A stretch of 64,000 nt of DNA from Candidatus Omnitrophota bacterium (GCA_903884815.1 CAISGE010000062.1:17-64016), one strand, 5' to 3'. Numbered from the stretch's first letter, positions 19,663 to 28,959 are shown. The notes: generated by a model not told the origin, from the letters alone. Program-made: numbers and translations.

Positions 19663-20770
19663 GCGCGTCCGCCACGCCCAAAAGATCGTTATTAAGATCG
19701 GGACAAGCATCCTTAAGACCCGAGGGGAAAGTTTTTCCCATAAAGAGCATGCGCGTGTCTGCCAGGAGATCCATACTCTTATCAAAAAAGGCCGCCGCCC
19801 GGTCCTTGTAAGCTCCGGCGCTATCGCGCTGGGGATGAAGAGCTGTGGCTTCAAAAAGCGGCCGAAGGAAATGGCGGAGTTGCAGGCTTGTGCCGCGATC
19901 GGTCAGGGCAAGCTGATGCATGCCTACGAGACTTTTTTCGCCAAGAAGAATGTTCATACCGCTCAGCTGCTTCTGACACGCGACGGGCTGGAGGACCGCA
20001 AACGGTTTCTTTGCGCGCGCAACACCCTCGAGACCCTCCTGAAGCTCAACATCCTCCCGATCGTCAATGAAAATGATACGGTGGCGGTCGAAGAGATCGC
20101 GTTCGGCGATAATGATATCCTCTCAGTTCATGTGGCCCACCTGGTCGGCGCGGATCTTTTGGTAAACCTTTCGGACGCGGAAGGTTTTCTCCTGAAAGAT
20201 GGGACCCGCGTGCGGGAAGTGACCTCGGAAGACGAGATCGATAGCAAACTCGTGATGCATCTGGCAGACAAAAAACGTGAAGAGACTGTCGGCGGTATGC
20301 GCGCCAAGCTCAAGGCGGCCCGTGTCGCGATGCAACTCGGGATCCCTTTCATGATCGTGAACGGCCATAAGCCCCATATCCTTCAGGAGATCATCGAGGG
20401 GAAGGATGTCGGAACCTTATTTATTACTTCCGGAGCTCAAAAAGACATGCGTCACAAGTGGATCGCCTTTTCGGCGACACGGAGCGGCAGCGTGACGGTC
20501 GATGACGGGGCTTATCAGGCCCTTCTTGCAAAAAAGAGCCTTTTGCCCGGCGGAATCGTGAAGATCCAGGGGAACTTCGAAGCCGGGCAGGTGGTGGAGC
20601 TTGAAACGCTCGAAGGCAAGGTTTTCGGACGAGGCGTGGTCCACTACAGTAGCCGCGATCTCGGGCGTATTGCCGGGAAGAAGTCCGGAGAGATCCAAAC
20701 GATTCTCGGTAAAAAAGCCTCGGATGAAGTGATCCACAGAAATGACCTTGTGATCTGGAGCGAACGATGA
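19655..20770 (+). CDS. proB: Glutamate 5-kinase
   Basis: VIKIGTS, SSGAI, NENDTV, FGDND, PUA domain. Confidence 0.96.
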   Translation: MSERVRHAQKIVIKIGTSILKTRGESFSHKEHARVCQEIHTLIKKGRRPVLVSSGAIALGMKSCGFKKRPKEMAELQACAAIGQGKLMHAYETFFAKKNVHTAQLLLTRDGLEDRKRFLCARNTLETLLKLNILPIVNENDTVAVEEIAFGDNDILSVHVAHLVGADLLVNLSDAEGFLLKDGTRVREVTSEDEIDSKLVMHLADKKREETVGGMRAKLKAARVAMQLGIPFMIVNGHKPHILQEIIEGKDVGTLFITSGAQKDMRHKWIAFSATRSGSVTVDDGAYQALLAKKSLLPGGIVKIQGNFEAGQVVELETLEGKVFGRGVVHYSSRDLGRIAGKKSGEIQTILGKKASDEVIHRNDLVIWSER

Positions 20771-22023
20771 ACTGGAAACGGCAGTTGGAGCGAATGCTTG
20801 TGAAGGCCCGTCCCGCCGCCGCTGCGGCAGGACAATGGTCCACGGATTTTAAAAAGAAGCTTCTCCTGGATATTGCTTCGCGAATTGAAAAAAAAGCCGC
20901 GTGGCTTGTTGCTGAAAACAGCAAAGATCTCGTGAAGGCCAAGGCGGGTGGACTCTCCTCCGCGATGATCGATCGTCTGACGCTCAGTGAAAAGCGCGTG
21001 AGGGAGATGGCCGCGGGCGTGCGTGCCGTCGCACGACTGCAGGATCCGATTGGCAGGGTGCAGGCGAAGTGGACGCGACCCAATGGCCTGAAGCTACGGA
21101 AAGTGACTGTGCCGTTGGGTGTCATCCTGATGATTTATGAATCCCGCCCGAATGTAACCGTGGAATGCGCGGCGCTTTGTCTTAAAAGCTCCAATGTGGC
21201 GATCCTTCGCGGCGGTCGGGAAGCCATGGCCTCGAACCGTGCGTTCGTTTCGATCTTCCAGGACTCCCTCATAGCTCACGGACTTTCGCCTTTTTATGTG
21301 AACCTTGTCACGACCACGGACTACGATGCCGTGGATTTTCTTTTGAAACAGGAAGGCAGGATCGATCTTGTGATCCCGCGCGGCGGAGAAAAACTGATTC
21401 GCCGTGTCGTGCAGAAGTCGCGTATTCCGGTGGTGAAACACTACCAGGGGATTTGCCATGTCTATGTGGACAAAAAAGCCGACCTCAAAAAAGCGGTTGC
21501 GATCACGCTGAACGCAAAGCTGCAGCGCCCGGGGGTGTGCAATGCGATGGAGACCCTTCTGGTGCACCGGGAGATTGCCGCAAAGTTTTTGCTGCTGGTG
21601 GGGGATCCCCTTAGGCGCGGCGGGTGCGAGGTCCGGGGGGACGTGTTGTCTTGTCGCTACCTCCCTTGGGCGAAGCGCGCAAAAGCCAATGATTATGGGC
21701 ACGAATTTCTGGAGAAGATCCTTGCGGTACGTGTTGTCAAGGATTTGGAAGAAGCCGTTCACCACATTGAGACCTACGGGTCCCATCATACCGACGCCAT
21801 CGTGACCCAGGATAAGGAAACGGCTGCGGCATTCACGGCGAAGGTGGATTCGTCGTCCGTCATGGTCAATGCCTCCACGCGTTTTTCGGACGGATTTGAG
21901 TACGGATTTGGTGCCGAGATAGGTATCTCGACCGACAAGGTTCACGCGCGTGGGCCCATGGGACTTGAGGGCCTTACTTCGTACAAATATATCGTCGAGG
22001 GGAATGGCCACATACGTAATTAA
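20767..22023 (+). CDS. proA: Gamma-glutamyl phosphate reductase
   Basis: IYESRPNVT, CNAMET, NASTRFSDG, HARGPMGL. Confidence 0.97.
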   Translation: MNWKRQLERMLVKARPAAAAAGQWSTDFKKKLLLDIASRIEKKAAWLVAENSKDLVKAKAGGLSSAMIDRLTLSEKRVREMAAGVRAVARLQDPIGRVQAKWTRPNGLKLRKVTVPLGVILMIYESRPNVTVECAALCLKSSNVAILRGGREAMASNRAFVSIFQDSLIAHGLSPFYVNLVTTTDYDAVDFLLKQEGRIDLVIPRGGEKLIRRVVQKSRIPVVKHYQGICHVYVDKKADLKKAVAITLNAKLQRPGVCNAMETLLVHREIAAKFLLLVGDPLRRGGCEVRGDVLSCRYLPWAKRAKANDYGHEFLEKILAVRVVKDLEEAVHHIETYGSHHTDAIVTQDKETAAAFTAKVDSSSVMVNASTRFSDGFEYGFGAEIGISTDKVHARGPMGLEGLTSYKYIVEGNGHIRN

Positions 22024-22038
22024 AGGCGGTCTTTGAGC

Positions 22039-22617
22039 ATGAGGATCGGTATCTTTGGAGGGACCTTTGACCCGGTTCACCGCGGACATCTGGAGCTTGC
22101 TCAAAATGCCCGGGCCCAGTTCTCGCTTGATAAAGTTGTTTTTGTACCAGCGTATCAGCCTCCGCATAAGCAAAACACTCCTTCTTTGACCCCTGCTCAG
22201 GATCGGTATGAAATGGTGCGCCTTTCCCTGGAGGGAGAGGCGGGCCTTGAAATCTCTGATTGTGAGGTGTCGCGAAAAGGGGTTTCCTATACTGTCGATA
22301 CCATTCTCGAATTTGAAAAAAAATATCCGGGGGCGGAATTATTTTTGATCCTCGGAAAAGACACGCTCACCGGCCTTTCGGGTTGGCATCGTGCCGATGA
22401 GCTGAAGAAAATGGTTCGTTTTCTTGTCGCGAGGAGAGAGACGGATGAAACTCCCGAGGTCCCAGGGGCCCGCGTCGACTGGATAAGAATGCCATTATGT
22501 CCGGTCTCAGCTTCGGGGATCCGTCAGGCCATCAAGCAGGGCAAGCAAGTGGACGATGATCTGCCTCTCAAGGTTCAGCAATACATTCGAGAACACAAGC
22601 TTTACCGGGAAAATTAA
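22039..22617 (+). CDS. nadD: Nicotinate-nucleotide adenylyltransferase
   Basis: GIFGGTFDPVHRGH, SYTVDT, VSASGIR. Confidence 0.95.
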   Translation: MRIGIFGGTFDPVHRGHLELAQNARAQFSLDKVVFVPAYQPPHKQNTPSLTPAQDRYEMVRLSLEGEAGLEISDCEVSRKGVSYTVDTILEFEKKYPGAELFLILGKDTLTGLSGWHRADELKKMVRFLVARRETDETPEVPGARVDWIRMPLCPVSASGIRQAIKQGKQVDDDLPLKVQQYIREHKLYREN

Positions 22618-22620
22618 AAG

Positions 22621-23856
22621 ATGAATATCGCCATGCACTTAGCCATTTTGGGATTGCTCTTCCTCCTCTCCTTCTTTTTTTCCGCTTCCGAGACGGCCCT
22701 TTTCTCCCTTTCGAAGCTCGACAAACGCAAGCTCAAGGAGCAGTCCCCGCATCTTTCGAAATGGATCTTTGAGCATCTTGAAAAACCGCGCAAGACCCTC
22801 GCGACAGTTCTGATCGGTAATTTGTTTGTAAATTCTCTTGCGACGGCGACGGTCACGCTCATTGTTCTCAAAATATTCGGGAGTTCGGGCTTGGGCGTTT
22901 GGATGACGGTTTTCACTGTTTTTCTCATTGTCTTCTGCGAGATGTTCCCGAAGATCCTCGCGGTTCAGGCGCGGATCAAAGTGGCCTTGCTTGTGTCCTT
23001 ACCCTTAAAATTCTTCGCGATACTTTTCGCGCCGTTCAGAATTTTGATGCGCTTTGCCACCGATAGGATCCTTTCTTTTTTAGTGCACGAGAAGATCGAG
23101 CAGTCGGACATGATTTCGGAAAAGGAACTCAAAGTCCTTGTGAAGATCGGGGAGGAAGAGGGGGTTTTAGGCGGCCAGGAGCGCCACATGATCCAGAAGC
23201 TTTTGGATCTTGGCGAGCGACCGGTTAAAGATATCATGACGCCACGAACGGATTTAGTCGGACTTGATATCGACGAGCCTTCCGAGAAGCATGAGGAGTT
23301 GATCCGGAAATATCACTTTAGCCGTCTTCCGATTTTTCAGGGTTCACTCGACCATATTCTTGGGGTCGTGGAGTCGCAGAATTATCTATTGCAGGAACCC
23401 CGGTTGGATGTCAAGCGTGTCATGCGAGAATCGCTCTTTGTTCCGGAAAGTAAACGGATCGACGATCTCCTTGAAACGTTTCGGATCAAGAATGAGCGTT
23501 TTGCGGTGTGTGTGGATGAGTTTGGCGGGACGGCGGGGGTGGTCACCCAGGAAGATATTCTGGAGGAGATCTTTGGAGAGTTCTATGACGAATACTCCAA
23601 GGTCGAAAATCCTATCCGGCGTCTGGGGGAAGATCTTTATCTTGTGGAAGGAAAGGTCAGCCTCCAGGAGTTTAACGAATTCTTTTCCGCGCATCTTGCT
23701 GCGGAAGAAGCCACGACTCTGGGCGGCTATCTCTTCGAAAAAATGGGGGTCGTTCCAGTTAAAGGTGCTGCTTTGAACACGGAGCCTTTCGATTTTGTGA
23801 TCCAGGATATGGTGCGTCAGCGGATCCACCAGGTCACAGTCAGGAGGAAGAAGTGA
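22621..23856 (+). CDS. Hemolysin-family CNNM/DUF21-CBS-CorC protein
   Basis: FFSASETA, IMTPR, VDEFGGTAG, EDILEEI. Confidence 0.92.
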   Translation: MNIAMHLAILGLLFLLSFFFSASETALFSLSKLDKRKLKEQSPHLSKWIFEHLEKPRKTLATVLIGNLFVNSLATATVTLIVLKIFGSSGLGVWMTVFTVFLIVFCEMFPKILAVQARIKVALLVSLPLKFFAILFAPFRILMRFATDRILSFLVHEKIEQSDMISEKELKVLVKIGEEEGVLGGQERHMIQKLLDLGERPVKDIMTPRTDLVGLDIDEPSEKHEELIRKYHFSRLPIFQGSLDHILGVVESQNYLLQEPRLDVKRVMRESLFVPESKRIDDLLETFRIKNERFAVCVDEFGGTAGVVTQEDILEEIFGEFYDEYSKVENPIRRLGEDLYLVEGKVSLQEFNEFFSAHLAAEEATTLGGYLFEKMGVVPVKGAALNTEPFDFVIQDMVRQRIHQVTVRRKK

Positions 23857-24806
23857 TCGGACTTCTGGTCATTTTCTTTTTGTCGGTGGTCGTTTCAGCG
23901 TTTTTTTCCGCGGCCGAAATGGCGTTTGTTTCCGCGAACAAGCTGAGGCTCCGGGAAATGGCCGATGCGGGTGATAAAAAAGCCCGGTTCATCATGCAAC
24001 TCCAACAGCATCCCAATTATTTCCTGACAGCGCTCCTGATCGGAAACAATGGCGTGAACGTTCTCGCGATCTCCATCGCGACCTGCATTTTTAAGAAATA
24101 TCTCGGGTGGAATAGTGAGTGGCTTGTGATGCTGCTCATCGCCCCGATCCTCATTATCTTCGCGGAGATGGCACCTAAGGATTATGGCCGTTTGAATGCT
24201 ATTTCTTTTCTACGCGGAAAAACATTTTGGATCCGATGGCTCAAGGCCGTCCTCTATGGACCCATCATTTTGTTCTTCAGGATTCTGGGTTTCTTTTGGC
24301 CGTCTTTTCAGCAAGGCCAGGTCCGTGATATTTTCGTCAATGAAGAGGAATTCCGTTCCCTGATCGAGGAAAGCTCTCACCGAGGCATCGTGGGCCCCCA
24401 AGAGCAGAAGTTGATCCACACGATCCTTGATTTCGAGCGTATCCAGGTGCAGTCCGTGATGTTGCCCCTCGGGAAGGTCCCGATGGTGGATATCCACAGT
24501 AAGATCGAAGATGTCAAGCGTATCGCCCGGGAAACCCAGTCCCGCATGATGCTTGTTTATGAGGAGATCCCTTCGATCGTTATGGGGATGGTCTATGTTT
24601 TCGATATTCTGTGGGAGGAAGAGAATGCGCGTGGTCTTCACGACTTTCTCCGTGCGCCGATCTTTATCCCTGAAGAAACGTCCCTGGAAAAAGCCTTCCT
24701 GCTGCTGCAGAAAAAACGCCAATCCTACGCCGTAGTGACGGATCGGGCGGGGGATATCAAAGGGGTTGTTCCCATAGAGCGGCTTCTTATATTTGAAAAG
24801 CACTGA
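23853..24806 (+). CDS. Second CNNM/DUF21-CBS protein (no CorC domain)
   Basis: FFSAAEMAF, LIGNN, FAEMAPK, CBS pair. Confidence 0.88.
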   Translation: MIGLLVIFFLSVVVSAFFSAAEMAFVSANKLRLREMADAGDKKARFIMQLQQHPNYFLTALLIGNNGVNVLAISIATCIFKKYLGWNSEWLVMLLIAPILIIFAEMAPKDYGRLNAISFLRGKTFWIRWLKAVLYGPIILFFRILGFFWPSFQQGQVRDIFVNEEEFRSLIEESSHRGIVGPQEQKLIHTILDFERIQVQSVMLPLGKVPMVDIHSKIEDVKRIARETQSRMMLVYEEIPSIVMGMVYVFDILWEEENARGLHDFLRAPIFIPEETSLEKAFLLLQKKRQSYAVVTDRAGDIKGVVPIERLLIFEKH

Positions 24807-24911
24807 CCGAAACCTTTCTTTCTCTCGCGATCGTTTTTTAGTCCGATAATATCGGCCTTCCTCGAAGTTCTTACTAAAGAGAGCTTCTTTTTATTCAGAC
24901 TTCCGCAAATG

Positions 24912-24940
24912 TTGGATTCCATTAGTCCGATTTCTACTAT
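24912..24940 (+). promoter_or_regulatory. Candidate promoter of ParA-CBM48 operon
   Basis: TTGGAT-17nt-TACTAT; the spacer contains one copy of the 10-bp repeat TTAGTCCGAT. Confidence 0.4.
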
Positions 24941-25020
24941 AGCGATTCATTACTATAAAGCTTTACTAAGACAAGCCGTTACATTACAGGCAAATCTTTT
25001 AATTCAAGGAGACGATCTTT

Positions 25021-26121
25021 TTGAGAATTATCGCCATCGCGAATCAAAAAGGCGGATGTGGAAAGACTACGACCAGCATTAATTTCTCGGCTTGTCTGAA
25101 TTTTCTTCAGAAGAAAGTGCTCGTGGTCGATCTGGATCCGCAGGGGCATTCCACTTGTGGGTTGGGTGTCAAAACTCAGAGGGGCATGCTGACCCTTTAT
25201 GACCTTTTGAGTCCTCTTCAGAGCGTGACGCCTTCTCTTTCCCAGGTCATCCAAAACCTTCGGACGGATTTTGATCTCCTTCCTTGTAACGCAAGCCTGA
25301 ACGCGATCGAAGAAGAATTCGGGTTTATGCCCAATTATCACCTTAAGCTTCGGGATCTTCTGGCCAGGATTTCTGAAGACCCTCGCCGATACGATTTTGT
25401 GGTGCTGGATTGTCCTCCGAATCTTGGCATGCTCACCTGGAACGCTCTGAATGCGGCCGATGAGATCATTGTTCCCGTGGAGCCCTCCTTTTTTTCGCTG
25501 CATGGCCTCGCCAAGATCTCGGAGACTCTTCAGATCGTGAATCGAAGCCGGGAGACGCCTTTGGCGGTTCACGCGCTTCTGACGCTTTTTAACTCCGAGG
25601 TGAATTTCTCCCATGAAATCTACGATGAAGTTCGCGCCCACTTCAAAGACAGGCTCTTTACAACGATCATTCACGAACATGTCAGTCTCAAAGAGGCCGC
25701 CGCGGCGGGGCAGAGTATTGTTCAGTATGGGCCACAATCACAAGCCTTTCAGGACTACCTGAATCTGGCGGTGGAATATCTGGAACGGGACTGGAATCGC
25801 AAACTCCCGGAAAAGGAGTTGGGTTGGGAGCAGGTTTATCAAAACCATTTTGGGCCGCGGCAGGTTTCGGACGGGATCCTCTTTCAGTTTTTGAGCAAGA
25901 CAGCGTCGTCTGTGGAGATCGCCGGGGATTTTAATCATTGGGTCGCAGAGCCTCTCTTGCGGCGCAATCAAGACGGGCTTTGGCAGAAGGTTATTCCGGT
26001 GGAGCCTAAAACGTTTCGATATAAGTTTATCGTGGATGGGGAGTGGCAGGTTGATCCTAGTCAACCCATGCAGCGAGAAAATGCTTATGGCGGCGTTGAT
26101 TCTTACGTGGAGTTATCCTGA
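25021..26121 (+). CDS. ParA/Soj-family ATPase fused to C-terminal CBM48 (AMPK-beta-type glycogen-binding) domain
   Basis: NQKGGCGKTT, DLDPQG, DCPPNLG; C-terminal AGDFNHW...GLW...YKFIVDGEWQVDP. Confidence 0.9.
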   Translation: MRIIAIANQKGGCGKTTTSINFSACLNFLQKKVLVVDLDPQGHSTCGLGVKTQRGMLTLYDLLSPLQSVTPSLSQVIQNLRTDFDLLPCNASLNAIEEEFGFMPNYHLKLRDLLARISEDPRRYDFVVLDCPPNLGMLTWNALNAADEIIVPVEPSFFSLHGLAKISETLQIVNRSRETPLAVHALLTLFNSEVNFSHEIYDEVRAHFKDRLFTTIIHEHVSLKEAAAAGQSIVQYGPQSQAFQDYLNLAVEYLERDWNRKLPEKELGWEQVYQNHFGPRQVSDGILFQFLSKTASSVEIAGDFNHWVAEPLLRRNQDGLWQKVIPVEPKTFRYKFIVDGEWQVDPSQPMQRENAYGGVDSYVELS

Positions 26122-26933
26122 TGAATGAGGATGCGAAAAAATTGGTGCGTGGGCTGAAGGATCTTTCGCCGCTTTTCGGTGTTGTCCCTGAAGAAGTTGT
26201 AGCCCGCAGATCTCCGGAAGTTCAAATTTTAGGGGTCTCAAGCCCGGACTGTGAAGGCGATTCTTTGTTCCTTAACACATTTTTTGCTTCGCAGCTCCTT
26301 CTGTCGGAGAAAGCCTGCTCTCTGGTCAGCGTTTTATCCCGGTGTTCCAAGAATTTGCCAAGGGAGGGAGAAGTTTCTCCTGAATTGTTCGGGGAGCACC
26401 TTCAGCGCTACTCCCTTTATTGGGATGAGCTCCGAGATCTTGTAGGGGGGGCTTCCTCGGGAAAATCGGGGGGGGTGTTGCAGAGTCGGGATATTTTTTT
26501 GGATTTTGAGTACCGGCATTTGCTCCACTTTGAGGGGGCCATTTGTCTTCTGGATAAGTGGGTTCTACTTTTGAAGCCGAACGCTGAATCTCTGACTGAG
26601 GGTTATAAAATGATGAAGGTTGGGCATTCCCTTAATCCGCAGCTTGAGTTTTGTATCGTATTGGAAGGGAGGGCTGAGGAGGCGAAAGGGGAGATGCTCT
26701 TTAAAAGATTCTCGGATTTCACTATGAGGTATCTTGATATTCAGTTGGGTTGGCTTGGTTGGATGGATCTTGCGGACCCCGCCCGTCATTTCTCGTCAGC
26801 GCTCCATGTGGAGCCTCTGCGCTTTCGATCCTGGGACCCGAAGCCCAGCTTGCAAAAGTTTGTCCTCGCCCATTGGGTTGAATCCCTAGAGAAGAAGATG
26901 GCTGTTGGAATTTCCGAGGGGGGCTCGCGATGA
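26121..26933 (+). CDS. Degenerate FlhG/MinD-like protein lacking Walker A
   Basis: DKWVLLLKPNAESLTEGYKMMKV and LFKRFSDFTMRYLDIQLGWLGW align by eye to the FlhG C-terminal half; TGATG overlap with the upstream gene. Confidence 0.65.
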   Translation: MNEDAKKLVRGLKDLSPLFGVVPEEVVARRSPEVQILGVSSPDCEGDSLFLNTFFASQLLLSEKACSLVSVLSRCSKNLPREGEVSPELFGEHLQRYSLYWDELRDLVGGASSGKSGGVLQSRDIFLDFEYRHLLHFEGAICLLDKWVLLLKPNAESLTEGYKMMKVGHSLNPQLEFCIVLEGRAEEAKGEMLFKRFSDFTMRYLDIQLGWLGWMDLADPARHFSSALHVEPLRFRSWDPKPSLQKFVLAHWVESLEKKMAVGISEGGSR

Positions 26934-27466
26934 TCGCCGCCCCCGAACGCATTTTTCGCCAGGAGATCTTTCAATCGATCCGCTCCTCCATCCAGGAACT
27001 TCATGCGGATAAAGTGATCCTTGAGGACGTGAATGGAGCCCCCTACCTCTTTAAAAGCAAAGATGCGCAGGTTTGGGCGCGGATTTTTTACAGGTCCATG
27101 CGGGATTATTCCCTTGTGGAACTTCAGCAGGAGATCAGGAAGCTCTGGGTGCTAATGCCGAGTAGTGCGGTACTCTATCTTTTTTATCCAGAATTGGACC
27201 GTCAGCAGATCCTCAAAATGAACGGCTTTAGCGATCGTTTGAGTTTTTTTGAATATGCGGGACTTTCTGGCGTGGCGCATGAACAGAGGGACATCAAAAT
27301 CTGTAAGTGGATGCCCTCCTGGATTCAAGAGGGGATTTCCCCTCGAGAGGGTGTGGTTGCTCCTCTGGTGCCGGTTTCGCCCGCCAGCTTTTTGAGAATT
27401 TCTTGTCTGACACCGCAGGAGATCCAGGGCCTTACGGAGTTGTCTTTGGCTTTATCCCGGGTCTGA
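26930..27466 (+). CDS. Hypothetical protein
   Basis: ATGA overlap with the previous gene; SD GAGGGGG; 178 aa. Confidence 0.65.
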   Translation: MIAAPERIFRQEIFQSIRSSIQELHADKVILEDVNGAPYLFKSKDAQVWARIFYRSMRDYSLVELQQEIRKLWVLMPSSAVLYLFYPELDRQQILKMNGFSDRLSFFEYAGLSGVAHEQRDIKICKWMPSWIQEGISPREGVVAPLVPVSPASFLRISCLTPQEIQGLTELSLALSRV

Positions 27467-27498
27467 AGCTACACGTGAAGGGTTTTTATATTTCGTTC

Positions 27499-27527
27499 TT
27501 GATGGTGCCTCCCAACTCTTCTATAAT
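27499..27527 (+). promoter_or_regulatory. sigma70 promoter
   Basis: TTGATG-17nt-TATAAT. Confidence 0.55.
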
Positions 27528-27538
27528 CACCCCCACTT

Positions 27539-28255
27539 ATGACAAGCTCAATTATCCAGAATCTTGATACCCTCAAAAAAGCCCAGCGCTTGGACAGTGA
27601 GATTCATCAAGCCCAAGGTCTCCTGGAAGAGATTCCTGCAAAGCGAGCCAAGCTCAAAGCTGAAATGGAATTCGAGAAAGGGCGTCTGCATGAGCTTGAA
27701 AAATCCCTCAAGGATATTCAGGTGAAGTTGAAGGACCGGGAATTGGAGCTTTCTCAAAAAGAAAATCAGATCAAGAAACTTGACGGGCAACTCTCGCAGG
27801 TAAAAACGAATAAGGAATACGCCGCGTTGCAGCAGGAAGTCGCTTCTCTCAAAGCCGACAACTCTCTTCTCGAGGAGGGGATCATTCATATTTTGGATGA
27901 AGTCGATGCTGCCAAAGACGAGACTCGGAAGGAGAAAGAGAAGCTTGCTCTTATTACAAAATCCTTTCAGGAAAAAGACGATGCGTTGGCCGGTCAGGAA
28001 AAGACCTTGCAGATTCGCCTTGCTGAGATGAAGAAGCAACGCGACGAAGCAGTCGTCCAGTTACCTCTCGAACTCGGAGAGCTCTATCAAAGGATTGCTT
28101 TCAAAAAACAAGGGCTTGCGCTGGCGGCTGTAAATGGTGAAAATTGCGCGGCCTGTCAGATGAATTTGCGTCCGCAGCTTCTTAACGAAATACGGCTAGG
28201 GGAACAGATCATTGTTTGCGAGAATTGCTCCCGCATTCTCTATTACGAAGCTTAG
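27539..28255 (+). CDS. Coiled-coil C4 zinc-ribbon protein (CT398/HP0958-like)
   Basis: KTNKEY, CAAC, CENCSRILY. Confidence 0.9.
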   Translation: MTSSIIQNLDTLKKAQRLDSEIHQAQGLLEEIPAKRAKLKAEMEFEKGRLHELEKSLKDIQVKLKDRELELSQKENQIKKLDGQLSQVKTNKEYAALQQEVASLKADNSLLEEGIIHILDEVDAAKDETRKEKEKLALITKSFQEKDDALAGQEKTLQIRLAEMKKQRDEAVVQLPLELGELYQRIAFKKQGLALAAVNGENCAACQMNLRPQLLNEIRLGEQIIVCENCSRILYYEA

Positions 28256-28416
28256 TTTTCCCTCCCTTCCCGGAGTTGCTCCAAAGATTTCCTCTTAACC
28301 AGTCCGTTCTTTAGGTATTTGCTTTCCCCTATAGACGTTTTCCCGACTTAGCTCAAAACCCCCCTTGGGTCTTTCTGCCCGGCCGTCTTTTTCCGAATTC
28401 CCTGAAAAAAAGAATA

Positions 28417-28445
28417 TTGACAGGGTATTAAGGTAAAGATATACT
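28417..28445 (+). promoter_or_regulatory. sigma70 promoter of dcw operon
   Basis: TTGACA-17nt-TATACT. Confidence 0.8.
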
Positions 28446-28460
28446 GCCGCCGATAATAAA

Positions 28461-28487
28461 GTGGGAGGAAGTGGGAGATAGTGGTAG
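28461..28487 (+). promoter_or_regulatory. MraZ-binding boxes
   Basis: GTGGGAG, GTGGGAG and GTGGTAG at a 10-bp period upstream of mraZ. Confidence 0.8.
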
Positions 28488-28508
28488 ATAAGAAAGGAGT
28501 AGGAATCC

Positions 28509-28946
28509 ATGTTTTACGGTGAGTTTGAACATGTGATCGATACGAAAAGCCGCGTGATGATCCCCGCGAAATTCCGCGAGATCTTCAAGGAGCGCTATGC
28601 AGAGCGCTTTTTTATCACCCGCGGTCTCGATCAGTGCTTATTTGTTTTCACCGAGGAACAGTGGAAGACGGAAGAGAAAAAGTTTCGCGACATGCCTTTC
28701 ACCAAAGCCGAATCCAGAACCTTCAATCGTCTTTTCTTTTCAGGAGCTTGTGAAGTGGTGTGTGACAAACAGGGGAGAATTCTCATTCCGGATTATCTGA
28801 AGAGCTATGCGGAGATCAAGGCGGATGTCACGATCGTGGGCGTTTCAAGTCGTATAGAAATTTGGGCGAAAGAAAAGTGGCAGGGATTTTTCGATCATCA
28901 TAAAGGTCATTTTGAAGAACTCGCGGAAAAATTAGTCGCAGAATAG
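28509..28946 (+). CDS. mraZ: Division/cell wall cluster repressor MraZ
   Basis: DTKSRVMIPAKFR, DKQGRILIP, RIEIW. Confidence 0.96.
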   Translation: MFYGEFEHVIDTKSRVMIPAKFREIFKERYAERFFITRGLDQCLFVFTEEQWKTEEKKFRDMPFTKAESRTFNRLFFSGACEVVCDKQGRILIPDYLKSYAEIKADVTIVGVSSRIEIWAKEKWQGFFDHHKGHFEELAEKLVAE

Positions 28947-28959
28947 AAAAGGAGTCATT

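Noticed and set aside
28256-28410. RNase P RNA, often found before mraZ
   Set aside because: Too short and lacks the GAGGAAAGTCC motif.
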